Assembly: GCA_963514005.1 (NCBI GenBank)
Contig: OY740797.1
Location: 42,656,001-42,720,000, forward strand
Length of the DNA: 64,000 nt
Direction of reading: 5' to 3'
Source of the DNA: Raja brachyura
Lineage: Eukaryota
Shown here: positions 1 through 12,397 of the stretch, piece by piece
Layout of the letters: each line of letters opens with the position of its first letter
How positions within the stretch are numbered: position 1 is the stretch's first letter
Program-made: the position numbers and the translations under genes
Notes under the pieces: model-generated
Told to the model about the DNA's origin: nothing
Seen by the model: only the letters and a program-made list of their open reading frames with translations
Database searches by the model: none

Positions 1-1381
1 CCATTTTAGTGCTGTTGACCCCATAAAATGTATCAAAAAAAAACCATATTTCCCATGCTTCACTGTAAGATGATTTCTGCATGTGTGGTCCATGTCACAG
101 AATATGATCCTTTATCGTGGGACCTCATTCATAAAGGGGAAAAAATTGTGGCATAACAATTTTTTGTCTCTTCATACTAATTGGTGAAGGTTTTTTAACC
201 CCATAACTTTGAAGAATGGGTAACGATGTACTTAACTGATTCCTTGCTGGTGGTTTTTTCTCCAAGGGAACTCTAATAGTGTCTTTCTTGTTTTAGAGTC
301 ATAGAGCAATGAAACGGGCCCTTTGGTTCAGCTTACCCTCGCTAACCCAAGAAGCCCCACACGCCCAATTTTGATAAATTAAGGTGTTTAGATGCGTAAT
401 CCTCAGATGGTGAAGGATTTACACACAGCAAGGTCTCATATAAATATGGCAGACAGGTAATCAATGTAATAAGGTATTGGATGAATGGTAATTGTTAGTC
501 AGGACTTAATTATTATCCTATAATATTGTTATAATTGTCTTAAAGTCTCACTTAATGGATGACAATGCTCAAATTCTAGAGAGGATTTTGAATGCACAAG
601 TTTCTGGAAAGTAAGGGTCCTGCCATTAAGTCATGACTGGCATATCCTATGGCACATACACACCATCCCTCGATATAGAAAAAGAATGAATCCAAAGCAA
701 TGCTCACTGTTTGGTCAATGCAATCTGTACTGTGAGGCAGGGCACAGTATGAGATATATGTATGATTCACAAGAGCTGACAACAAGTGATGTGCATCTGA
801 AATAGATATTTACTCTTGTGTTGATGCTATTTTCATTTATGGTGAACTAGCTCAGGGGTTTAAGCAACTAAATACTTGTCCCCAAAGAGAGAAACAAAAT
901 TGTAGACTCAGCTTTTCATGGTTGAACAAGAAAAGTACATTGGGGCAACTCTTCCATTACGATTTGTTTGGTGTTGCCAACAGATAAACCAGAACAGGTT
1001 TATTCATTTCTTGAGCATAGGCCGAAGCAGTGCCTGATGATCTGCAAAACATCATTTCTGGGGCAATCATGTTATACTGTGACCAGTGGTGTGCTCCAGG
1101 GATTGGTGGCGGGACCACTCTGGTTTGTCATCTATATTGATGATTTGGATGAGAATGTAGTTGGAATGGCTAGTCAGTTTGCAGGTGACACCAAAGTTGG
1201 CACTTGAGTCAAGATGACACCAGAATCTGGATCAAGTACAAAAGTGGGCCAAGCATTGGCAGATCGAATTTAACTTGGGCAAGTGGAAATTGTTGGAATT
1301 TAGGAATTTAACCCAACACAGGTCAAAAAGCTGGAGAAACTCAGCTGGTGCAACAGCATCTAAGGAGCGAAGGAGATAGGC

Positions 1382-1409
1382 GACGTTTCGGGTCGAGACC
1401 CTTCTTCAG
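1382..1409 (-). ncRNA. Minimal type-I hammerhead ribozyme core (mirror copy)
   Basis: Exact reverse complement of 1420-1447. Confidence 0.8.
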
Positions 1410-1419
1410 ACCATTCAGT

Positions 1420-1447
1420 CTGAAGAAGGGTCTCGACCCGAAACGTC
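1420..1447 (+). ncRNA. Minimal type-I hammerhead ribozyme core (Penelope-type)
   Basis: CTGAAGA-A-GGGTC-TC-GACCC-GAAA-CG-TC: CUGANGA box, stem II, GAAA, palindromic ACGT, GUC triplet. Confidence 0.8.
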
Positions 1448-2141
1448 GCCTATCTCCTTCGCTCCTTAGATGCTGTTGCACCCGCTGAGTTTCTCCAGCT
1501 TTTTGTGTAACCCCCATGACAGAAGTTGAAAGCGCACAGGTTAAAATAATTCATTTCTGCAGCATGACGCTCATTATAGGGGAATTTGTAGAAATATATG
1601 GTTCGTTTTCAAGTTCTGATTGTCACTTGGAGTATTGGGTTCAGTTTTGGCCCGTCTGCCATTGAAAGATATTATTGAACTGGAAAGAATGCAGAGAATA
1701 TTTACGAGGTTATTGCCAGGACTCAAGGGTCTGGGCTACATGAAGAGGTTGCACAGGCTATGACTTTATTCCTTGGAGTACAGGAGATTGGAGGGTGATC
1801 TTATAGAAGTGTATAAATTCACAAGCAGCACAGGTAAGGTGAATGTGCATAGCATTTTGTCCATGGTAGACAATCAAGAACTTCAGGGTATGGATTTAAG
1901 GTGTGGGTGAAAGATTTAATAGTGACCTGAGAGAGAATATCTATCACTTTGGTGTCTCTAAGACCATTCTTGATTGGACTTTGCTGGCTTTACCTTGCAC
2001 TGAATGTTATTCGCTTGTCATGTACCTATACACTTTAAATGGATCGATTGTAATCATGTATTGTCTTTATGCTGACTGGTTAGCACGCAACAAAATCTTT
2101 TCACTGAACCTCAGTACACGGGACAATAAACATAACTGAAA

Positions 2142-2297
2142 CAGTCTGAAGAAGGAACTGCAGATGCTGGTTTAAACGGAAGATAGACACAAAAAGGGTG
2201 AAATCTGAAGAAGGGTCTCGAGCCAAAACATCACCCATTCATTCTCTCCAGGGATGCTGCTTGGCCCGCTGAGTTACTCCAGCTGTATGTCTATCTA
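2142..2297. mobile_element. Penelope pseudo-LTR fragment with an inverted piece and a degenerate hammerhead
   Basis: aaggaactgcagatgctgg (inverted end) followed by ctgaagaagggtctcgagccaaaacatcacccattc. Confidence 0.7.
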
Positions 2298-2659
2298 CAG
2301 CTCAGATGGAACATCTTGGTCAGCCAGGACAAGTTGGGCTGAAGGGCCTTTTTCCTTGCTGTATGATTCAATCTGACACAATTACAAGGAATTCACGAAA
2401 ATTCATGAGAAATTGGCTACGAGAAGAAATATAATTAGAACATTTTATTTTGATTTAATATACTTTAAATGTTGTAATTGTGAATAAATGCCTGTGTTAA
2501 GTCCTCTAACATACAAAAACAAACTATTTTAAGAAACCAGGATTAAACTGACATGTCTGTAAATGTCAAACATCAATATTCAGAAAGAGTATACCAAAGT
2601 TCATAGCAAAGTTAGACACAAAGTGCTGGAGTAGGCCAGCCCTTTTTCTCCAGAGATGA

Positions 2660-3005
2660 TCATAAGATCATAAGATCATGTGATGAGTAGAATTAGGCCA
2701 TTCAGCCCATCAACTATGCCGCGATTTAATCAAGGCTGATCTATCTCTCCCTCCTAACCCCATTCTCCTGCCTTTTCCCCATAATCTCTGACACCCCTAC
2801 TAATTAAGAATCTATCTATCTCTGCCTTAAATATATCCACTGATTTGGCACCACAGCCTTCTGTGGCAAAGAAGTCCACAGAATCACTACCGTCTTGACC
2901 AAAGAAATTCCTCCTCATCTCCTTTCTAATAGAACGTCTTTTAATTGTGAGGCGATGACCTCTAGTCCTAAACTCTCACACTTGTGGAATCATCCTCTCC
3001 ATGTC
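2660..3005 (-). mobile_element. CR1 LINE 3' fragment
   Basis: Reverse complement of the CR1 3' end seen at 15338-15790; short (cataagat) tail repeats. Confidence 0.8.
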
Positions 3006-3080
3006 CAGATGCTGATGCCTGACACACTGAGTTACTCCAGCACTTTGTGTCTATCATTCAGAAATTAATAATTTGGCAAC

Positions 3081-3132
3081 TGGTGAAGAGCAGTGGTGAA
3101 GAGCAGTGGTGAAGAGCAGTGGTGAAGAGCAG
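3081..3132. repeat. Tandem repeat (TGGTGAAGAGCAG)x4
   Basis: Four exact 13-mers. Confidence 0.95.
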
Positions 3133-3185
3133 GGGTGCTTCATTTTGTGTTGAAGCCATTCTCTAAGTTTTGTGTGAATTGAATG

Positions 3186-4082
3186 TTATAGGAAAAATAT
3201 CATCAAGCTGGAGAGGGTACAGAGAAGATTTATGAGGATGCTGCCAGGACCAGAGGGTTGGAGCTATAGGAAAAGGTTGAGTAGGCTGCAACTTTATTCC
3301 TTGGAGTGCAGGAGGATGAGGGGTGATCTTATAGAGGTGCATAAAATCATGAGAGGAATAGATCGGGTAGATGCACAGAATCTCCTGCCCAGAGTAGATG
3401 AATTAAGGATGAGAGGACATAGGTTTAAGGTAAAGATTTAATAGGAATCTCCAACCGGACGGGAATATTCATTTTTCTCGCCGGTATTCGGAACCTACTC
3501 GAGGATAGATTATTTCTTAGTCGACTCAAAATTACTCCCCTTTACGTATGATGCAAAGTATCATAATATTATTATCTCAGATCATGCTCCATTAACATTT
3601 AAGATAAAATTAAAAGATATAGTTAATAAAACTAATATTTGGAGATTCAACACACAGATATTAAAGGATAAAGACTGCTGTAACTATGTGGAGAAACAGA
3701 TTAAATTATTTTTTGAAACTAACGATAAACCTGAGACTTCCCCATTATTATTATGGGATACATTTAAAGCATTTATGCGCGGTGCAATAATATCAGCACA
3801 AGCTCATTTTAACAAAGTAAATCGAAAAATGGAGCAAAAGTTAGAAAAAGAGATAAAAGATTTAATAGGAATCTGAGGGGTAACTTTTTCAGATGAGGTT
3901 GTTGAGGGAGGGATTATCTCAATGTTTAACAAGCAGTTAGACAGGTACATGGATAGGACAGGTTTGGAGGGATATGAGCCAAACGGAGGCAGTTGGGACT
4001 CGTGTAGTTGGGACATGTTGTCCTGTGTGGGCAAGTTGGGCCAAAAGGCCTGCTTCCACACTGCATGACTCTATGACTCCAT
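3186..4082 (+). mobile_element. CR1 LINE 3' portion, interrupted by an L1 fragment
   Basis: ORF 3232-3441 YSLECRRMRGDLIEVHKIMRG...RGH (CR1 ORF2 C-terminus); 3' UTR ends in (ctatgact) repeats. Confidence 0.9.
3451..3855 (+). mobile_element. Internal L1-clade ORF2 fragment (end of APE endonuclease plus linker) with a 19-bp flanking duplication
   Basis: Open frame PTGREYSFFS...YSRIDYFLV...ISDHAPL...WRFN...LWDTFKAFMRGAIIS; AAAGATTTAATAGGAATCT at 3432-3450 and 3856-3874. Confidence 0.85.
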
Positions 4083-4874
4083 GATGAAAGATTACAGAAA
4101 TGTTGCCACTATTTCTCTCTCCACGGAGGCTGCTCGACCTGCAGCAGTTTCTGTTTTAATTTGCAACTGCAGTTGTTGTTTTTAATTTTCTCTTGTGTGG
4201 CAATAAAACTGAGTATACCTTTTTGTTTTTTGCTAACTGCTTCCTATACCTGCATTCCATGATCCATGCACGATGACCACTAAACATCAACTTTTTTCAG
4301 TCTCTCACGATTTATAAAAAATACCCTGTTTTTCCATTTCTTCTGCAAAATGGGATGACTTTATGCTCCATTTTTCAACTGCCATGTTGTTGGCCTGTCA
4401 CTGAAGCTGCCTATGTTCCCTGAAGACTATCTGCAAGCTCCTCACCACTCACTCTGTCATCTGGCTTTGTACCAACACCAACACTCAATATATTACATGG
4501 TCCATTTGGACCACTCATCCAGATCATTGATATTTTAAACAGCACTGGTTTCTGTGGCATCTCGCTCATTACAGCTCTGAACTAGATTGTGGGGCATTTA
4601 TTCATATTCTCTTTTTTGTCCCTTTTGACTATTGATTTATAAATCTTCATTTCATGCAAGTACAATTGTCTTATCCATGTTAACTACTTTATTTGACAAT
4701 CTATTTTGTGATGCCTTTCCAAAGGTTAGTCTGTGTTCAAATTCACTGGGAAGCTGGTGGGGCATGGCAGGTTCTTGTCATCACTGGTATCTTGGCCATT
4801 TATCCCTCAGCAAAAATGGTATGTTATTGGTTGTAATGGGCTTTGGTCTGTCCTGAGGATATCTTTTGACCATT

Positions 4875-5520
4875 TTTACTTTACCCTATCCATGTACCTA
4901 TCTAACCATTGGAATAGTCCCAGCCTCAACTACCTCCTCTGGCAGCTTGTTCCATACACCCACCACCCCTTTGTGTGAAAAAGTTACCCCTCAAACCTGT
5001 TAAATCTTTTCCCCTTGAACCTATGTCCTCTAGTCCTCGATTCACCTACTATGTCATGTCAAGTCAAGTCACATTTATTTCTATAGCACATTTAAAAAAC
5101 AACTCTCATTGACCAAAGTGCTTTACATCTGTTATAAGAGTAGTATACACAAGCAGGCTACATACATATATACAAATAGCCCTCGCTCAGAGGACGCCAG
5201 GAAAGGCTTGGGAGAACAGATACGTTTTTAGACTAGACTTAAAGGAGTCGATGGAGGGGGCAGTTCTAATGGGGAGGGGGATGCTGTTCCACAGTCTAGG
5301 AGCTGCGACCGCAAAGGCGCGGTCGCCCCTGAGCTTATGCCTAGACTGCGGCACATTCAGCAACCCCAAGTCGGCCGATCTGAGGGACCTGGAGGTGGTG
5401 TAGTGGGTGAGAAGACTTTTAATGTAGGTGGGTGGGTGCAAGCCCATTGAGGGCTTTGTAGACAAGTACTCTGGGCAAGAGACTCTGTGCATCTACCCAA
5501 ACTATTCATGGTTTTATATA
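4875..5520 (-). mobile_element. CR1 3' fragment split by an L2 insertion
   Basis: gattcacctact | ctgggcaagagactctgtgc is contiguous in the sister copy near 7280-7310. Confidence 0.8.
5051..5466 (-). mobile_element. L2-clade LINE 3' end
   Basis: ORF 5187-5492: RSLRSAD...GDRAFAVAAPRLWNSIP...FKSSLKTYLF; AATAAA plus (gactt)n tail; TACT on both sides. Confidence 0.88.
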
Positions 5521-6003
5521 TCAGAATCAGAATCAGAATCACACTTTATTCGCCAAGTATTTCATTGGCCAGGTCAGTCATACAATGAAAAGTAACAGAT
5601 CATGCAAAACACATTTTAACATGAACATCCACCACAGTGACTCCTACACGTTCCTCACTGTGATGGAAGGCGAAATAAAGTTCAAGTCCTTCCCCTTAGT
5701 TCTTCCTCGGTCGTGGGCCTCGAGTCCCCGTTGACGGGATGATCTTAACTCCAGTAGCCGGTGCCGTTCAGGCCCTCCGCGTCGAGGCGATCTGCTCCTG
5801 CACCGGGGTGGATGTCAGCTCCCCCGCACTGGACGATCGAACCTCGCGTCGGGGCTGGTGAACCTTCCGCGACTTTGGAGCTCCCGACTTGGCCTCACCC
5901 GAGACTGCGAGCTCTTGATGTTGATTCCGCGGTGGTCGTGGTGGGAGCGATCCCAGGGAAGGGATCAGCTCCGATGTTAAGTCCGCGCCCCGCGATAGGG
6001 CTC
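5521..6003 (-). mobile_element. CpG-rich non-autonomous retroelement, probably a Rex1/Babar deletion derivative
   Basis: (CTGATT)n tail after AATAAA; shares blocks (cgaccgaggaagaa, gccttccatc, ctgtggtgg..tgttaaaa) with 54292-55125. Confidence 0.65.
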
Positions 6004-6004
6004 A

Positions 6005-6126
6005 AATATTATATCTATATTATATTATATTATATATATTATATTATATTATATTATATTATATTATGTTACATTATATTATGTTATATTATATTATATA
6101 TATTATGCTATATTATATATATTATT
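6005..6126. repeat. AT-only low-complexity (TATAT/TATTA)n microsatellite
   Basis: Direct inspection. Confidence 0.95.
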
Positions 6127-6974
6127 GGGAAAGATCAATGGCCGCATTGGAAAACTTAATCCATCTCTGCTGCTGACATATCTTTACCCATTGTTACGTA
6201 TTTATGTTAATAGCATTATAAATTGAATATACATAAATGTATATTACCATATATTGATTATATATTAATATAATTGCTAATTAAATTAATAACCAATTCA
6301 TTATACTATTGATGACAAAAGCAAATCTGAAATTTCATAAAAGCTATCTGAATATCTATTTCCTGTTTCATAAAACTCTTGCAAAGTGATTTCACTTGAA
6401 CCCACTTACATTCATTCAGCATTTTTCTTTGTAAGTAACCACCTTTCTTTAGTTGTGATTGAATTTTGAGTTTGCAGTTTGTGTCTTCAATGGCACTTGA
6501 GTTTTTACCGTGACAATTTAACAACAGTTTGACAGTTTCAAAGTTATTGAAATGTGATGTTGACAGAAAAAGCCCATAGGTTGAACTATTTTCTCCACAG
6601 AGGAGGAGGCATGCCCTGAAACGCGTCAGTTTGGAGTTCCACCGATCCCTGACTCAACATCTCACTGTACAAGTCTGTAGCCTGCAGGGCAGTGAATCAA
6701 AAGCTGCACACATCACTTGCTCATTGATTCCATTGAAAGACAGATTTATATTCGTGGTAATTGCACAGAATTAAGCAACCTTAATATTTATTTGACACTA
6801 ATTAGACAGGGTACCATTTGCACACAGTATAAAGTTCCCCTGGTCTTTCCAGTTTTATGTTTAATATTTTTTTTAGTGGACAGCATAGTACATCATTGCT
6901 ACTAATGTATTTGTTATGGCAGTTCCTGCCAGTGGTATGGTTTCACATGTTGAAGTTAACATGCAGTTCAATAA

Positions 6975-7322
6975 TTAGTCATAGAGTGATACAGCATGGA
7001 AACAGGCCCTTCGACCCAACTTGCCCACACCGACCCACATGGCCCCGCTACATTAGTCCCATCTGCCCGCGTTTGGTCCCATATACTCCATATCCCTCCA
7101 AACCTGTCCTATCCATGTACCTCTCTAACTGTTTCTTAAATGTTGGGATGGTCCCAGCCTCAACCACCTCCTCTGGCAGCTTGTTCCATACACTCACCAT
7201 TTGTTGTGTGGAAAAGTTACCCCCTCAAATTCCTATTAAATCTTTCCCCCTTCGCCTTAAATCTATGTCCTCTGTCTTCGATTCACCTACTCTGGGCAAG
7301 AGACTCTGTGCATCCACCCTCT
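6975..7322 (-). mobile_element. CR1 LINE 3' end
   Basis: Reverse complement of the 3' end at 3875-4082. Confidence 0.88.
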
Positions 7323-9157
7323 CAAGGTTTTTTAATTGACAGTTAAAAACCGAGCCGGAAACAACAAGAACATTCCCATTTCAAAAGAAGGCTTTCACCA
7401 AACAAAATCACTACAAGTAGAGCAAAATTAAAATTTATCAATAAAAATATGCGTTGGCTTCAAAAAGAAGGAAACACCAGAGACACTTGGAAGATTAGGA
7501 AGTATCAGTTGAGAAAATAGATCGCTGATGTTTCAGTTATAAAAGCATTCCTTAAGGTGCACATTGGCCTCGCTAGCACTTGAGTGGATTTGGCAAAGGC
7601 TATTTGGTTAACATTCAGTGGACTGAAGCTCTCAGGGTCATTGTCGCCATTTTTAAAGGCAAATCGCGACTGAGCTTTCCCCAGAAATAACCGTTGAACT
7701 TTCCATCCTGACAGTGAGTTCGTATTTCTGGTTGATGCATTGTGCTGGTCAAGACATCTGTTCATTGTCAGAATTGGTGTCTGGATAAGAGGCCAATCCA
7801 GACCCCTTGCAGCAACTCATCCATTGAGATTGGTTTTTGTGATGGACTTCACTCCGTTCACAACTCTCTGCAATATCTAGCGGTCTTGGCCAGAGCAGTT
7901 GCCATGCACCCAGATAGGATAGTTCCTGCGGCGCATCAGTGGAAATTGATAGAAATTTGTTTCAAGAGAGAAGGATAAAGTAAACATTTTTATTTTGAAT
8001 TAACTGAGATTTATTTAGTTGTTTCATAGAGTTTATTAATGGATTCAGAATATTTTAATTCTTCAATTGATTTTTGATAGTTCTTGCAATTTTTTTGTAT
8101 CTCAGGATCATTCAGCAACATTCTAGTGCTTTACAACTTTGACAGCTGATAGAGCATATGGCATGGGCTTTTTAACTTGATTCATGGCTGAACCTCCCAT
8201 ATGATGATATAAGATTGCACAGACTCCTGTCAGCACACAGAGCCACACTATTGAGGACAGGGAAACACATAGAAACAAGTCAAAATTGGGGACCTGCAAA
8301 AGATTCATTCATATTTGGTAGGGTGTCTTATTGGTAAGGAAATATATTTCACTGCTGGTACCAAGTTCCTGTCCAGAGTTCTCTGGAGATATGTTCGAAC
8401 AGTTGCAGGTGATTTTTCCTAAATTAGTTTTGTGATGGTATTCAAGATGGAAGATTGACTTGTCAAAGACATGGGCAAATATGCTAATTAAAATTCACCA
8501 ATAATATTATGATAAAAACATTTTTTAAAAAACCTTCTTAACAGGAAGACATGTGATATACTGTACATCAATGGTCAACCTTCAGCTGCTTGTAGGCAGA
8601 GCAGGAAGCATTTATTAATATCATAAATAAGGAAGTAAATGTACTATTGCGCTCCAGGTAATGTAAGTTATCTTTGTCTGGCTATGCAAACAATGTTTTT
8701 AGTTGCCAACTTTGAATCCTGATCATTGAGAATACAGGAGCTTTATCTTAACATTAAATTATGGGACTGAGTCCAGTGGTACGAAATATCGTGTTGCACT
8801 TGAAGAAGAAAGTCAATAAATCTTTCCTAAATCCATTGAATACCTTCTGATGATATAATCACCCTGCTAGAAATACAAAAGTCACATAAATGGAAGCACC
8901 AGTTCTTAGAATGGAGAGCGCAGCAGGTCATTCAGTCTGTTTGAAAAAGGGTCCCGGGTGGACTGGTTTTATAGTCTGCTTCACTGAAGGTGATGGGAAA
9001 TCAATGTTCCTGTTGTTTCAGAAGTCTAGAACCAAGATTATTTTCCTGTATCTCATTGAAAACAACTGGAATTCAAGTTGAAAGCCGAGATATCCAATGA
9101 TGGAATGACACCATCGGCACTAAGACAGAGTGGCAACCCATCTTCAGGCTGCATGTG

Positions 9158-9524
9158 CAGGAAGGAACTACAGATGCTGGTTTATACCGAAGATAGACAC
9201 AAAATGCTGGAGTAATTCAGCGAGACGGGCAGCATCCGTGGATTGAAGGAATGGGTAACGCTTCGGTTCGAGACCCTTTTTCAGACTGCGAATCTGGGTT
9301 AAAATGTGGTCGGACAACAGGAGGAATCACAGAGGGGGAGCAACGAGAGAGGATGCTGCAGAACTCTCGTCGGAGAAAGGAGGAGAACTTCTTCAGACTG
9401 AAGAAGACTCTTGACCCGAAACGTCACCCATTCCTTCTCTCCAGAGATGCTGCCTGTCCCGCTGAGTTACTCCAGCATTTTGTGTCTATCTTCAGTGTAT
9501 ACCAGCATCTGCAGTTTCTTCCTG
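9158..9524. mobile_element. Inverted pair of Penelope pseudo-LTR units (about 127-bp arms, about 113-bp spacer)
   Basis: 9158-9284 is an imperfect reverse complement of 9398-9524; degenerate hammerhead cores at the inner ends. Confidence 0.85.
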
Positions 9525-9784
9525 GACATCTCAAGGGAGATATGCAACATAAAGAACAATCTGTCGTGGTTAGAATTGGGTGAATTGCCAGAATGTGATG
9601 CCTAATGTATTAGTGGGAGCTGGGCCTTATCCATGAGGTATCAATGTCATTCTCAGTATGAAAGGCAGAGCAAGATTCAGAAAAATGATTAGGTGAGTTC
9701 TGAGTAGGTGTGGATATCATGAACACTTGTTATCCTTCATTATAAACTGCAACCCTTCACCTTGTGGTCAAATTCCATTGAGGA

Positions 9785-10135
9785 TATAAAATGATGAGGG
9801 GAATAGATAGGGTGAATGGACAGAGTATTTTACCCAGGATAGTGGAATGAACAACCAGATGAGATAAGTTTAAGGTGAGGGAAAAATTTTAATAGGAACC
9901 TAAGGGGCATTCTTTTCATCAGAGGGTGGCGGCTAATGGAACCAGCTGCCACGGGAGGTTGAAGGCAGGGACTATAATTTTTTGTAGAGGACATTTGGAC
10001 AAGTGCATGGATAGGGAAGGTTTAGGGGTGCATAGGATAAACTCGGGCAAATGGGACTAACTTAGATGAGGTGCCTTGATCGGCATGGACCCAAAGGGCC
10101 TATTTCCATGCTGTATGACTCAATGAATCTATGAC
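9785..10135 (+). mobile_element. CR1 LINE 3' fragment
   Basis: tttaaggtgag..tttaataggaac..gggcctatttccatgctgtatgact. Confidence 0.8.
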
Positions 10136-10168
10136 ACTGATCTTCAGAGATTATTTAAGAACATAATA

Positions 10169-10264
10169 CCAGTCTGAAGAAGGGTCTCGACCCGAAACGT
10201 TGCCTATCTCCTTCGCTCCTTAGATGCTGCTGCACCCGCTGAGTTTCTCCAGCCTTTTGTGTAA
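10169..10264 (+). mobile_element. Solo Penelope pseudo-LTR unit with an intact hammerhead core (10174-10201, GUU triplet)
   Basis: ctgaagaagggtctcgacccgaaacgtt-gcctatctccttcgctcc, nearly identical to 41157-41247. Confidence 0.85.
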
Positions 10265-11454
10265 TGCTAGATCTTCTGTCAGGTTTCCATAAAACTCTTT
10301 GGACTTGATTCAGGACCCTGATGGGCTCTCCCCAGACAGCCAGCACAGAAGCCTGCTCTGCTGGTGTTAGGATAAAGACCACTGTCACGCTCATGATTAC
10401 TGGTCCTCCAGAACTCACAATCCTAAAATAGGAACCAGCTTGACCAGGAGAACACAGTATATGACACCACTACGCAGTCAAGCATCAATGCCAGGAGAGG
10501 TCCCAGAACAGCATGGAGGAGGACCTGTGGTGGGTCTGATGGCCAATTAACACAGCATGAGACCAGTCGTTGAACCAAAAGCCATTTGAGTTCTTTAGAA
10601 TTCGGGAGATTGTTGAGTGGTCACATTATGATGGGTGGCAGAAGTTCTTCTATATCCACTTACCCATTATTTCAAGGACTCAATTGCATAGATATCTCTC
10701 TAACGAAGCCTTAAGCCAACATTTCCTCTTCCTCCTGTTTCTGTTCAACATCCATCATCTGAATCTACATGCATTGCTCTCCCTCACAGAAATATTTGGA
10801 AAGGGCTTCAGGATAAAGTGGTGGGAAGCAAAGGATTTCTCTGCCTTGGACACAATTTATTTTAGACTGGCACTTGAGGGGAAAAAAATCAGTGAATTTG
10901 TGACTATTCAAACTCCACGAATGCAACCATTTCCTGGACTGACGAGTCGTACAAATAACTTACAGATATTTGTCAGTGGAAGTCAGATACAAATGGCACA
11001 ATTCATATGTCAGTGTCTTCAGCTTTCATTCCTCAGTGGCCAGCTTTGGCAGCATTCAGCATGGATATTTAGAATGAAACACAACCATGAAGTTCAATTG
11101 CAGACCGCTAACATTTTCAGCACGGTGCAATTTAATATTGATTTTCCTGGAAGTGAATTACAATAACGGCCACTTCCAGGACATTTTGGTTCATTCCAGA
11201 AATCTGCAAGGTTCCAGAGTTTCCCTTCTGACTCTGACACGGTGTCCGCATCAGTCATTTATAAGATTTATTTATCCCCAAGCAATGGTCCCCCAAGAGT
11301 ATAATGGGAAATCTTAGACAAAGGAAAGTCTGTAGATAAGGAAGTGTAGATACTGGATTCTTGATGAAGACACAAGATGTTGGACAGGCCGGGCAGCACC
11401 CGTGCAAGCTATGGATAGCTCATGTTTCTCGTTGGAATCCTTATTTTAAGATTA

Positions 11455-11776
11455 GCAGCATGGTAGCATAGCGCTGGAGTTGCTGCCTTACAGCGTCAGA
11501 GACCCGGGTTTCATCATGACTATGGGTGCTGTGTGTGCGGAGTTTGTACGTTCTCCCCGTGACCTGCGTGGGTTTTCTCCGAGATCTTCGGTTTCCTCCC
11601 ACGCACTAAAGACGTACAGGTTTGTAGGTCAATTAGCTTGGTATAAATTTAAATTATAGTCTGTGTGTAGGTGTAAGTGTATGTGTAAGTGTGCGGGGAT
11701 CGCTGGTCAGTGCCCACTCGGTATGCTGATGGACCTGTTTCTGTGCTGTACCTCTAAAACTGAAAAAACTAAAACT
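11455..11776 (+). mobile_element. tRNA-derived V-SINE (HE1-like)
   Basis: tRNA-like head, V-domain ggagtttgtacgttctccccgtgacctgcgtggg..ggtttcctcccac, CR1-like 3' end, (aaact) tail. Confidence 0.85.
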
Positions 11777-12397
11777 GTGTGAAGTTGGTCACTAACTGGA
11801 CTGTAGTCCTTCTGCTTGCCCCCACTACAACAGCCTCCAACCCATCTATCTTGCCCCTTCTCAGGCATCCTCACCCTGACATCCCCACCACCCTCAGCTT
11901 TCCCAAATTCCCTCGATCCCTTTAACTTTACCAAAAGAAAATGGTCATTGGATTAGAAAACAAAGATAAGCCTTTTAAAACGGAGCTGCTTGTTAAGTGG
12001 GATCCAATGCTGGTTGAAATATATAAAAGTAATTCATCAATCTCTTTTATAGAAATAGCAAATAAGGTTTAACTTCTGGGAAGTTAATTGGGTTTTGATT
12101 GAATTTCATTGTATTCTTTCCTCGGAATCTTTCTGTCAGTTTGTCTCTCTTCCATTTTTTATGATATTTGTAGATAGTGAGTGGCTCCAGCGTTCATTCT
12201 GGGAAAAGCCTTCAATACCGGTGCTCAATCGAGTGAAAGGGAAGTGATGACCAAGTATATTAAGTTTCTTTCACTTTGCATTGCCCCGAGACTTCTAGGA
12301 CTCTGACAAAGAGGAAGCCCTCGATATTTACCTGCAATGGCTCAGTCATGCACTGTCCTAGAAATTAAATATTGTTTCAACCTGGTTCTGTTTTTCC

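Larger units (their letters stand above)
1324..1505. repeat. Near-perfect palindrome of Penelope pseudo-LTR units: 88-bp arms, 6-nt spacer
   Basis: 1324-1411 is the reverse complement of 1418-1505 with one mismatch; spacer CATTCA. Confidence 0.95.
1075..2370 (+). mobile_element. Degenerate CR1 (HER1-like) LINE, RT to 3' end, interrupted by younger insertions
   Basis: ORF 968-1207 ends GVLQGLVAGPLWFVIYIDDLDENVVGMASQFAGDTKVG (CR1 RT PQG...FADDTK motif); CR1 sequence resumes about 1620-1935; 3' UTR about 2300-2370. Confidence 0.8.

Noticed and set aside
3081-3132. Regular 13-bp repeats as a CRISPR-like array
   Set aside because: No spacers; simple tandem repeat in eukaryotic DNA
5761-6159. 132-aa ORF with a hydrophobic Y/I-rich tail
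   Set aside because: Antisense of a repeat running into an AT microsatellite
7505-7765. 86-aa minus-strand ORF in unique sequence
   Set aside because: No recognisable homology or convincing exon boundaries
10570-11166. 198-aa ORF
   Set aside because: Non-ATG start, no recognisable domain, composition typical of translated non-coding DNA
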